DNA of 64,000 bases, taken from assembly GCA_021770785.1 (NCBI GenBank), contig JAETQH010000020.1, positions 3,101 to 67,100 on the forward strand, written 5' to 3'. Every line of letters begins with the position of its first letter. Position 1 is the first letter of the stretch. A program made the translations under genes and the position numbers. Of this stretch, positions 41,880 to 51,239 are shown one piece after another. This DNA comes from Lachnospiraceae bacterium. Its GTDB lineage: Bacteria; Bacillota; Clostridia; Lachnospirales; Lachnospiraceae. Under the pieces are notes generated by a model. That model was not told the DNA's origin, searched no databases, and saw nothing but the letters and a program-made list of their open reading frames with translations.

Positions 41880-42923
41880 ATGCAGCGTAACTATGAAATC
41901 ATAGACCGAATAGAGCAGACCGGAAACATTGACAGAGAAACATTAGAACTGCTGCTGACAATAGAAGACGGTGCCCTGAAGGAATATCTCGCCGCAAAAG
42001 CCAGAGAAACGGCACAGCGGATTTATGGGAATCAGGTCTATATTCGGGGGCTGATTGAATTTACCAATTATTGCAGAAATGATTGCTACTACTGTGGTAT
42101 CAGGCGCAGCAACGGCTGCGCCGAGCGTTACCGCCTCAGTAAGGAGGAAATCCTAAGCTGCTGTAAAAACGGATATGAATTGGGCTTCCGCACCTTTGTG
42201 TTACAGGGCGGTGAGGACGGTTTTTATACGGATGGGCGGATTTGTGAAATCGTATCGGAAATTAAAAACCGGTATCCGGATTGTGCTGTGACCCTTTCCA
42301 TCGGGGAGAGGGAGCGGGAAAGCTATGAAGCGTTTTTTAAAGCGGGGGCGGACCGTTATCTGCTGCGCCATGAGACTGCCGATGAAGCCCATTATAAAGA
42401 GCTGCATCCGGAGGAAATGTCCTTTCAACATAGAATGCGGTGCCTTAGGGAACTAAAGGAAATCGGCTATCAGACGGGCTGCGGGTTTATGGTGGGTTCT
42501 CCTTACCAGACCTTCGATACCTTATATGAGGATTTACAGTTTATCCGGGAATTGCAGCCGGAAATGGTAGGGATTGGCCCCTTTATTCCCCAGAAGGACA
42601 CGCCTTTTGGGAAAATGCAGGCGGGAACCATAGAGCGGACGCTGCGGCTTTTAAGCATCATCCGTCTGCTGCACCCCTCCGTACTGCTTCCGGCGACCAC
42701 TGCCCTTGGTACCATTCACCCGAAGGGCAGGGAACTAGGCATTTTAGCCGGGGCAAATGTGGTAATGCCTAATTTATCTCCTGTGGCGGTGCGGGAAAAA
42801 TATAAATTATATGACAATAAAATCTGTACCGGGGACGAAGCGGCAGAGTGCCGCTACTGTATGGAGCGGCGGATGGAGAGCATCGGCTATCAGGTGGCAG
42901 TGGACCGGGGAGATTTTATATAG
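41880..42923 (+). CDS. hydE: [FeFe]-hydrogenase maturase HydE
   Basis: RGLIEFTNYCRNDCYYCG, YLLRHET, GANVVMPN, YKLYDNK. Confidence 0.95.
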   Translation: MQRNYEIIDRIEQTGNIDRETLELLLTIEDGALKEYLAAKARETAQRIYGNQVYIRGLIEFTNYCRNDCYYCGIRRSNGCAERYRLSKEEILSCCKNGYELGFRTFVLQGGEDGFYTDGRICEIVSEIKNRYPDCAVTLSIGERERESYEAFFKAGADRYLLRHETADEAHYKELHPEEMSFQHRMRCLRELKEIGYQTGCGFMVGSPYQTFDTLYEDLQFIRELQPEMVGIGPFIPQKDTPFGKMQAGTIERTLRLLSIIRLLHPSVLLPATTALGTIHPKGRELGILAGANVVMPNLSPVAVREKYKLYDNKICTGDEAAECRYCMERRMESIGYQVAVDRGDFI

Positions 42924-43006
42924 TAAACGCAAAAAACCATTGCGTTTCCTATAAATTAACTAACCGGAAAGCAAAGCGGCTGACCGGAAAGAAAGGAAGA
43001 GAGTGT

Positions 43007-44428
43007 ATGTACAACGTAAGATCCATGAAAGCGGAGGAATTTATCTCCGACGAGGAAATCAGGGAAACTTTAGCCTATGCGGACGCCAATAAGGAAAATG
43101 TGGCGCTGATTGATGAGATTATTGCAAAGGCAAAGTTAGGAAAGGGATTAAACCACAGGGAGGCTTCTGTGCTGTTAGCATGTGAAATCCCGGAAAAAAC
43201 AGAGGAGGTATACAAGCTGGCGGAACAGATAAAAAAAGACTATTACGGCAACCGGATTGTGCTGTTTGCGCCGTTATATTTGTCCAATTATTGTGTCAAC
43301 GGCTGTGTTTACTGCCCCTATCATCTGAAAAATAAGCATATCGCCAGAAAGAAGCTGACCCAGGAGGATATTGTGAAGGAGGTGACGGCACTGCAGGATA
43401 TGGGGCACAAGCGTCTTGCCATTGAAGCGGGGGAGGACCCGGTGAATAATCCCATTGAGTATATTTTAGAGTGTATCAATACCATTTACAGTATCAAGCA
43501 CAAGAACGGGGCCATCCGCCGCGTCAATGTCAATATTGCGGCAACCACCGTGGAAAATTACCGTAGGTTAAAGGAAGCGGGCATCGGAACCTACATTCTG
43601 TTTCAGGAGACTTATCACAAGAAAAATTATGAAGAGCTGCATCCCACAGGACCGAAGCATGACTATGCTTACCATACGGAGGCGATGGACCGGGCCATGG
43701 AGGGCGGCATTGATGATGTGGGCTTAGGCGTGCTCTTTGGACTGGATAAATACCGCTACGAGTTCGCAGGGCTTTTAATGCACGCGGAGCATTTAGAGGC
43801 GGTTCACGGCGTCGGCCCCCACACCATCAGCGTACCCAGAATCAAACATGCGGACGATATCGACCCGACAGCCTTTGACAATAGTATTGATGATGAAACC
43901 TTTGCAAAAATCTGCGCTCTTATCCGGGTTTCCGTGCCCTACACCGGAATGATTATTTCCACCAGGGAGAGCCAGGCGGTGCGGGAAAAGGTGCTGCCCC
44001 TCGGCGTATCTCAAATCAGCGGAGCTTCAAGAACCAGCGTGGGTGGTTATGCGGAGCCGGAGGTAGAAGAGGAAGTGACCAGCGAACAGTTTGATGTCAG
44101 CGACCAGCGAACCTTAGACGAGGTGGTAAACTGGCTGATAAAGTTAGGTTATATTCCGTCCTTCTGTACCGCCTGCTACCGGGAGGGCAGAACCGGGGAC
44201 CGTTTTATGGAACTGTGTAAAAACATGCAGATTTTAAATTGCTGCCACCCGAATGCGCTGATGACGTTAAAAGAGTACTTAGAGGATTATGCCAGTGAGG
44301 AAACAAGGAAAATCGGAATGAAATTAATTGAGCGGGAGTTAGAGAAAATTCCGAATCCCAAGGTGAAACAGACGGCTTCTGACCATATTCATGATATTGC
44401 AGAGGGTAAGAGGGATTTCCGGTTTTAG
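43007..44428 (+). CDS. hydG: [FeFe]-hydrogenase maturase HydG
   Basis: APLYLSNYCVNGCVYC, GPHTISVPR, C-terminal FCTACYR...C; ATG 43007. Confidence 0.95.
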   Translation: MYNVRSMKAEEFISDEEIRETLAYADANKENVALIDEIIAKAKLGKGLNHREASVLLACEIPEKTEEVYKLAEQIKKDYYGNRIVLFAPLYLSNYCVNGCVYCPYHLKNKHIARKKLTQEDIVKEVTALQDMGHKRLAIEAGEDPVNNPIEYILECINTIYSIKHKNGAIRRVNVNIAATTVENYRRLKEAGIGTYILFQETYHKKNYEELHPTGPKHDYAYHTEAMDRAMEGGIDDVGLGVLFGLDKYRYEFAGLLMHAEHLEAVHGVGPHTISVPRIKHADDIDPTAFDNSIDDETFAKICALIRVSVPYTGMIISTRESQAVREKVLPLGVSQISGASRTSVGGYAEPEVEEEVTSEQFDVSDQRTLDEVVNWLIKLGYIPSFCTACYREGRTGDRFMELCKNMQILNCCHPNALMTLKEYLEDYASEETRKIGMKLIERELEKIPNPKVKQTASDHIHDIAEGKRDFRF

Positions 44429-44533
44429 CAGGAGCTTATTTTGGTGTATGGCTGAGACACCGGAATGTTTTTCTTTTTATGATTGTAAAACTATGAAACA
44501 GGAAAAAATTCGGAAAATGAAAGGGAGAAGCGT

Positions 44534-45721
44534 ATGGCAGTAACATTAAATGAAACACCCGGCAGCAACCGTCTGCATATCGGTATTTTTGGAAAAACCA
44601 ACAGTGGAAAATCTTCTTTTATCAACGCATTTACCAAACAGCAGGTTTCCATCGTGGCGGATGTGGCTGGAACTACTACAGATCCGGTGTATAAGCCCAT
44701 GGAAATATACCCTTTAGGCGCCTGCGTCATCATCGATACGGCGGGCTTTGATGATGACACAGAACTGGGGGAACGCCGGGTCAAAAAGACGAAGCTGGCG
44801 GCGGAAAAGACAGAGCTGGCGGTGATTGTGGTGGCAGACGAAGCGTTGGAGGAAGAATTTTCCTGGTTTTACTTTTTTAAGGAGCGGAACACCCCGGTGC
44901 TTTTTGTGGTAAATAAATCGGATATTCTGGAAAATACAAAAACCATTGCCGCAGCCATCGAAGCGGAGACGAAAACACCGCCCCTTTTTATCAGCGCTAA
45001 AACCGGAGAGGGAATCGAGAAGGTGAAGGAAGCGCTAGCAAGGCTGATTCCGGAAAATTACGGCAGCCGGCTTATTACCGGGGAGGAAGATTTAGTGCTC
45101 CTTGTCATGCCCCAGGATATTCAGGCACCCAAAGGGCGCCTGATACTGCCCCAGGTGCAGACCATAAGGGAACTGTTGGATAAAAAATGTCTGGTGATGA
45201 GCGTCACCACCGACAAAATGGAACGGGCGTTAGCGGCATTGGCAGAGCCGCCGAAGCTGATTATCACCGATTCCCAGGTTTTTGGCTATGTCTATGAGCA
45301 TAAGCCAGGGGAAAGTATGCTGACTTCCTTTTCCGTTCTGTTTGCAGCCTGCAAGGGAGATTTGCCCTACTATGTGGAAGGGGCGAAATGTTTAGATTCT
45401 TTAAGACCTGATTCAAAGGTGCTGATTGCGGAATGCTGTACCCATGCGCCCTTAAAGGAGGATATCGGCAGGGAGAAAATTCCGAGAATGCTAAGGAAGC
45501 GTGTGGGGGAGGAGCTTACCGTAGATTTGGTCAGCGGCACGGATTTTCCGGAGAATTTGTCCGGGTATGATTTAATCATCCAGTGCGGGGCATGTATGTT
45601 CAACCGGAAATATGTGCTTTCAAGAATAGACCGTGCAAAAGAGCAGGGAGTTGCCATGACAAACTATGGCGTTGTCATTGCCCATTTGGCAGGGATTTTG
45701 GATAAGATTACAATGCCTTAG
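44534..45721 (+). CDS. hydF: [FeFe]-hydrogenase maturation GTPase HydF
   Basis: GKTNSGKSS, GTTTD, DTAG, NKSD, ECCTH, CGACM, TNYG. Confidence 0.95.
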   Translation: MAVTLNETPGSNRLHIGIFGKTNSGKSSFINAFTKQQVSIVADVAGTTTDPVYKPMEIYPLGACVIIDTAGFDDDTELGERRVKKTKLAAEKTELAVIVVADEALEEEFSWFYFFKERNTPVLFVVNKSDILENTKTIAAAIEAETKTPPLFISAKTGEGIEKVKEALARLIPENYGSRLITGEEDLVLLVMPQDIQAPKGRLILPQVQTIRELLDKKCLVMSVTTDKMERALAALAEPPKLIITDSQVFGYVYEHKPGESMLTSFSVLFAACKGDLPYYVEGAKCLDSLRPDSKVLIAECCTHAPLKEDIGREKIPRMLRKRVGEELTVDLVSGTDFPENLSGYDLIIQCGACMFNRKYVLSRIDRAKEQGVAMTNYGVVIAHLAGILDKITMP

Positions 45722-45820
45722 AGGCGGTTTGCGAAAAACTGCGGAAGAGGAGAGAAATTAAAATTGCAAGTATTTCGTTACAAAAAAATGGCATTTTGTT
45801 ACCAGAAGTGAGGGAAAACT

Positions 45821-45847
45821 TATTCTCCGGGAAAATTTAGCCGATAA
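45821..45847 (+). promoter_or_regulatory. Possible sigma-28 (SigD/FliA) promoter
   Basis: Exact GCCGATAA -10 at 45840-45847; the -35 position reads TATT, a partial match to TAAA. Confidence 0.4.
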
Positions 45848-45875
45848 AAAATAAAAAGAACGGGGAGGCACAGCT

Positions 45876-46481
45876 ATGGCAATAACAGGAATTGCGGCAG
45901 CAGACAATACAGCATACCAAAAGATGGCGCAGAGGCGGGCAAACAGCCTTAAGACGCAGGCAGAATCAGAAAAGGATACCTTTGAACATAAGATTTTTTC
46001 CCAGGAATTAAAAGATATCGGAATGGTCAATCAGGAGGAATATCTTGCCTGTGCAGGAAGGCTGCAGGCGACGCTGAAATCGGACAGAAGCGATATTGAC
46101 AGTGATGTGATGTCTAAGAGGGTGGAAACGGAAAAGAAAGCGCCGTATGCCTATCTTGCGGATGAAGGAAATATGGTTGTGTATAACGGTGTGGCATTTT
46201 ATTGTGATAATGAGCATCAGGCACTCTGTTTAGGGGATATGTCAGACGAGGATAATGTGCTTACCATACCGCTGTCGGAGGGCGGCTGCCTAAAGGTTAA
46301 CCGAAATAATATTGGTGATTTGTCCAGGGCGATTTCCATGTTTTCCCCGGAGGACGTGAACCGGATTTTGAGTGCCATTGAGCAGGATAAGGTCTGTGCA
46401 GGGCGTATGCTTGAGATTGATGAGATGAAAAACAGCATCGGCGAAGCCGGGGAGGCGGGCAGCACCGGCAGTAATTCCTAG
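45876..46481 (+). CDS. Hypothetical protein
   Basis: 201-aa ORF with GGAGG RBS; no family recognised. Confidence 0.75.
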   Translation: MAITGIAAADNTAYQKMAQRRANSLKTQAESEKDTFEHKIFSQELKDIGMVNQEEYLACAGRLQATLKSDRSDIDSDVMSKRVETEKKAPYAYLADEGNMVVYNGVAFYCDNEHQALCLGDMSDEDNVLTIPLSEGGCLKVNRNNIGDLSRAISMFSPEDVNRILSAIEQDKVCAGRMLEIDEMKNSIGEAGEAGSTGSNS

Positions 46482-46502
46482 AAAACAGCATATCTAAAAA
46501 AT

Positions 46503-46553
46503 AAAAGAGGAACGAAAAAGTTTTTAGACGGTAAACTTTTTCGTTCCTTTTTT
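46503..46553. terminator. Bidirectional terminator
   Basis: GGAACGAAAAAGTTT ... AAACTTTTTCGTTCC flanked by A and T tracts. Confidence 0.75.
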
Positions 46554-46632
46554 GCTATCATAGGAGAACCTCATGGCATTCCTATGGAAAAGTGCAGATT
46601 TCTCTACGGTATGAAAAAATGCCAAAGGAAAA

Positions 46633-48732
46633 TTATTTTGCTAAAAGCATCATAATCTTATTGCTGCGCTCCACAAATTTTGTCATGGCATCTACGGAAA
46701 GCGGCTGGTTAGAAAGCATTGCCAAATCGTAGAGCTGTTGGCAGAACATGGGAACATGCTCGGAGTCCTTGTTTTCGAAAATATATTTTACCAGCTCGTT
46801 GTTAGCATTTAAGGTTAAGGTCTGGTCTGCGGCGAACATATTCGGGTCCATGCCTCCCATACCGCCCATGGCGTACATCTTCATCATATCCTGCATACGT
46901 CTGCCTTCCTCGGAGAGGGTAATAACGGAGGAGATAGAAGCATCTTTTAACTTATCCACCTTTACCGTCAGCTTGTCGTTGTTCAATGCTTTTTTGAATA
47001 CCTCGGTTAAGGTATCGGTTTCTGTTTTCAAATCTGTCTCGTCGGTCTCGTCCTTTAAGGCCTCGGTGACATCCGCATCAATCCGCATGAATTTATAGGT
47101 TTCATTTCTCTGCTCTAACTGGGAAATGAAAGAGGTATCAATGTTGTGGTCTAAGATGACAGCGTCCATTCCCTGCTCCTTGAACATTTTAATATACTGT
47201 CCCTGCTGAAGCTTGTCGGTGACGTAATAGATAACCTTGCGCTCGTCTTTTTCTTCGGCATCCCCGTCTGCCGGCTCCGGGGCGCTTTCCACCGGATTGC
47301 CGTCCTTATCAACTACTTCTGCCTCTGTAGTTTCCGCACCCTCTGCTTTTTCTTCCTTTACCAAAAGTTCCGGCAGGGTCAAATATTTGTCATCTAAGTT
47401 CTTAAATAAAATATAGTCGTTCATCTTATCACAGAACTTGGTGTCCTTTAAGCAGCCGAATTTGATAAACGGGCTGATATCATCCCAGTATTTTTCGTAA
47501 TTTTCCTTGTCCGTCTTGCACATGCCGGAAAGCTTGTCGGCAACCTTTTTGGTGATGTAATCGGAAATTTTCTTTACAAAGCCGTCGTTCTGCAGTGCAC
47601 TTCTGGAAACGTTTAACGGCAGGTCAGGACAGTCAATAACGCCCTTAAGCAGCATTAAAAATTCCGGGATCACTTCTTTGATATTGTCGGCAATAAATAC
47701 CTGGTTGTTGTATAATTTGATGGTTCCCTCGATGGAGTCGTACTCTGTGTTGATTTTCGGGAAGTATAAAATACCTTTCAGGTTGAAGGGGTAGTCCATA
47801 TTTAAGTGAATCCAGAACAGCGGCTCCTTGTAATCTAAGAATACTTTCCGGTAAAATGCCTTGTATTCCTCGTCGGTGCACTCGTTTGGATTTTTTGCCC
47901 ATAAGGGGTTGGTGTCGTTTAACGGAACCGGACGTTTTATGATTTTTAATTTATCCTTTGCCGGGGAAACTTCCACGATTTCTTTTTCGCCATTCTCGTT
48001 TTCTTTTTCCTCGGTTTTCGCTTCTTCATGAATCGTCTCAACCACGGTGTCGGTATCTAATTTGTCAGCGGCATCGATGGTTTCATATTCTGTTTCTGCA
48101 TTTGCTTTGCGGAGGAAAATCGGGGTAGGCATGAAAGAACAGTATTTTTCAATAACCTCTCTTGCACGGTACTCGTTGGCAAATTCCAGACAGTCCTCGT
48201 TTAAGTATAAAGTAATTTCTGTTCCGATGGTGTCCTTGGTGCCGTCCTCCATCTCGTAATCCGTGCCGCCGTCACAGCTCCAGTGAACCGGAGTAGAACC
48301 CTCTTTATAAGATAAGGTATCGATGGTAACCTGGTCTGCTACCATGAAGGCAGAATAGAAACCAAGACCGAAGTGGCCGATAATCTGGTCGTCGTTTGCC
48401 TTGTCCTTGTATTTTTCGATGAAATCCGTTGCACCGGAAAATGCAATCTGGCAGATATATTCTTCTACTTCGTCGGCGGTCATACCAAGACCGTTATCGA
48501 TGAATTTTAAAGTCTTGTCCTCGGGGTTTACGATGATTTCAATTTTTTTCTTGTAATCAGCCGGGAACTGATACTCGCCCATCATCTCTAATTTCTCTAA
48601 TTTTGTGATGGCATCGCAGCCGTTAGAGATTAACTCACGATAGAAAATATCGTGGTCGGAATACAGCCATTTTTTTATGATAGGAAAAAGATTATCACTG
48701 TCGATTGAAAGATTTCCATGTTTGTTTGCCAT
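46633..48732 (-). CDS. htpG: Molecular chaperone HtpG (Hsp90)
   Basis: RELISN, DNGLGM, IGHFGLGFYSAFMV, LPLNVSRS. Confidence 0.96.
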   Translation of the reverse strand: MANKHGNLSIDSDNLFPIIKKWLYSDHDIFYRELISNGCDAITKLEKLEMMGEYQFPADYKKKIEIIVNPEDKTLKFIDNGLGMTADEVEEYICQIAFSGATDFIEKYKDKANDDQIIGHFGLGFYSAFMVADQVTIDTLSYKEGSTPVHWSCDGGTDYEMEDGTKDTIGTEITLYLNEDCLEFANEYRAREVIEKYCSFMPTPIFLRKANAETEYETIDAADKLDTDTVVETIHEEAKTEEKENENGEKEIVEVSPAKDKLKIIKRPVPLNDTNPLWAKNPNECTDEEYKAFYRKVFLDYKEPLFWIHLNMDYPFNLKGILYFPKINTEYDSIEGTIKLYNNQVFIADNIKEVIPEFLMLLKGVIDCPDLPLNVSRSALQNDGFVKKISDYITKKVADKLSGMCKTDKENYEKYWDDISPFIKFGCLKDTKFCDKMNDYILFKNLDDKYLTLPELLVKEEKAEGAETTEAEVVDKDGNPVESAPEPADGDAEEKDERKVIYYVTDKLQQGQYIKMFKEQGMDAVILDHNIDTSFISQLEQRNETYKFMRIDADVTEALKDETDETDLKTETDTLTEVFKKALNNDKLTVKVDKLKDASISSVITLSEEGRRMQDMMKMYAMGGMGGMDPNMFAADQTLTLNANNELVKYIFENKDSEHVPMFCQQLYDLAMLSNQPLSVDAMTKFVERSNKIMMLLAK

Positions 48733-48806
48733 AATAAAACACTCCTTTGCAAAATTTCTTCATAAATAAGATATTATAACTGCAATTTTGAAAAGTCAAT
48801 AGAAAA

Positions 48807-48833
48807 TTAGCACTCTTTTTGAATGAGTGCTAA
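48807..48833. promoter_or_regulatory. CIRCE element (HrcA operator) upstream of htpG
   Basis: Perfect TTAGCACTC-N9-GAGTGCTAA just upstream of a minus-strand TTGACT -35 (48794-48799). Confidence 0.95.
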
Positions 48834-48915
48834 CAATAAGTGAAAAACAAAGGGATTGAGGGAATTATTAAAAGTTTATAAACAGCAGAAAAGTACGGTA
48901 AGGCTGCTTTGACCG

Positions 48916-51117
48916 TTGACTTCTGAGGAAGAATACGCAAAACGTTATCCGGGCGACGACTATGTGGATATTGTGGGATTTGATTACTATAATGATTACA
49001 ATGAATATCCGGCGCAGTATGACGACAGCTTTATGGAAAGCCTTCGTACCACCTGTCAGGTAGTGAAGGGCTTTGCCGGGAAACACGGCAAAGTGGCGGT
49101 TGTGGCAGAGACAGGCGTCCGGGTGATGAAAGCCGACGGTTCTGACAACGAGGGTATTTTAGTAAAGGACAATCCCATTAAAGGACAGAACTGGTACAGG
49201 AAAGTCAACCAGATTGCAAAGGAAGAGGGAATGTCCTACTTCCTGGTATGGGCGAATTTCAGCGACACCAACTTCTATGTTCCTTATAAATACGGAGAAA
49301 AGGGACAGGAGTTAGTCAACGAGTTTATTGATTACTATAATGAAGATTCCTCTGTATTTGCCAACGGAACCAATTTCTATGGAACAGCCTCCAATTCGGC
49401 TGTGACAAACACAAATCCGGGAAATGCAGGCGGATATTTCACCAACGTATTCGCAAAAGGTGTGATTATGGCGGGAAATGTGTTATCTGCCAATGTAAAA
49501 AATGCTTCCCAGGTACAGTTTGTATTAAAGAATGGGGAGGCAGTACAGACTTTAAACGCAGTGAAAAACGGAACTGTTTATGAGGCAGCTGTAACAGCAG
49601 AGATTTTAGCAGGATTAGGACAGACCGATATCGGAACGGTAAGTCTTGTGGCGGACGGAAAAACCTTAGTCACCCTTTCTTTCATAAGCTTTGGAAAAGA
49701 AAAAGACAAGCTTGCGGAAAATGTGATTGACAACTTTGAATTGTATTATGGAGACAATGATTATCTCGGCGGAACCTATTCGGAAAATTCTGCGGCAAAC
49801 TGCAGCTCTGCCTTTGAGTTAGACAGTGCCAATAAAGCTTCCGGCAGCTACGGCGGTGCCTTTCATTATCATCTGAAGACAAGCGGTTCCGAAGTATGGA
49901 CCGGAAGGATGAAGGGCTTAGAGAGCATAGACTACAGCGCTTACAATGCCATTACCATGTGGGTAAAACCGGATGGAAAGGGACAGAAATTAGTCATTCA
50001 GTTAGTATCCGGCGGCGAGGACTTTGAATGCTATCTTACTGATTTTGTAAAGACTACAGAGGCGAGATACATTACCATTCCATTCAGCCAGCTGAAGGGA
50101 AAAAATAACGGAACCTTTGACCCCAAGAGCATTACAAAATTTGCAGTATGGTGCAACAGCATTGCGCCGGAGGGACAAAGCAGTGTAGATATTGATTCTT
50201 CGATTGTATTTGACGATATTCAGTTTGTAAATGTAGACACTGCTTCCTTAAATATTGTCAATGGCTATGCAGTGACAGAGCAGCCAGTGGTACAGCCGAC
50301 CCCGGAACCTGTACCGACCCCGGAGCCTTCGCCAGTCCCGGAACCGGGAGCGGAAGAGACGGAGGTAAAAGTATCTGCCATTAAATTAAATAAAACCACG
50401 GCAGCGGTAAAGAAAGGAAAAACCTTACAGTTAAAGGCAACCGTTACCCCGGCAGAGGCAAAGGACAAAGCAGTTGTCTGGGCTTCCTCTAATAAGAAAA
50501 TTGCCACCGTAGACAGTAAGGGAAAAGTAAAGGGTATTAAATACGGAAAAGTAACCATCACGGCAGAGGCAAAGGATGGAAGCGGCGTAAAAGCGGCCTG
50601 TAAGCTGACAGTGGGCTATGGCATTACTTATAAGCTTGGTAAGGGCACAAATAACAGCAAGAATCCGGCAGCCTACTATAATGAAAAGGTAGCGCTGAAA
50701 AATCCAAGCCGCAAGGGCTATGCCTTTAAAGGCTGGTACATCGATAAGAACTTTAAGAACAAGATTACAACGATTAAAAAAGGTACAAAGAAAAACTATA
50801 CCCTCTATGCAAAGTGGGAGAAAATCAAGGTTAGCAAAACCCAGATTATTTCTGCAAAGAACAATAAGAGCAAACAGATTGCACTGAAATACAAGAAAGT
50901 GTCCGGTGCAAAGGGATATGAGATTTCTTACTCCACAGATAAAAAATTCAAAAAATCCGTGACAAAGAAAACCACCAGCAGGACGAGCTGTAATCTGACA
51001 AAGCTGAAAAAGGGAAAAACTTATTATGTGAGAGTCCGGGCGTACAAAAAGGACTCCGCAGGAAAGAAAGTTTACGGCAGTTATTCTAAGGCGCAGAAAA
51101 TCAAAGTGACGAAATAA
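48916..51117 (+). pseudogene. 5'-truncated multidomain GH26-like glycosidase (CBM, Ig-like Big_2, Listeria/Bacteroides-type repeat, Fn3)
   Basis: Begins mid-domain at RYPGDDYVDIVGFDYY with VAETG nucleophile; no signal peptide, RBS or acid/base motif; PE/PT linker. Confidence 0.75.
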
Positions 51118-51239
51118 GTAGGAAATCAGTACTGAAAATTCGTTGCGGCGGTGCATGAATTATGCTAAAATGTGCATATAGGCAGACAAAGCTTTAAGGT
51201 CTGCGGGTAAAATTGTGACAAGATTAGAGGCGTATTTCA

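Noticed and set aside
41595-45721. Radical SAM cluster as a RiPP or novel pathway
   Set aside because: Motifs identify the known TM1266-hydE-hydG-hydF maturation operon
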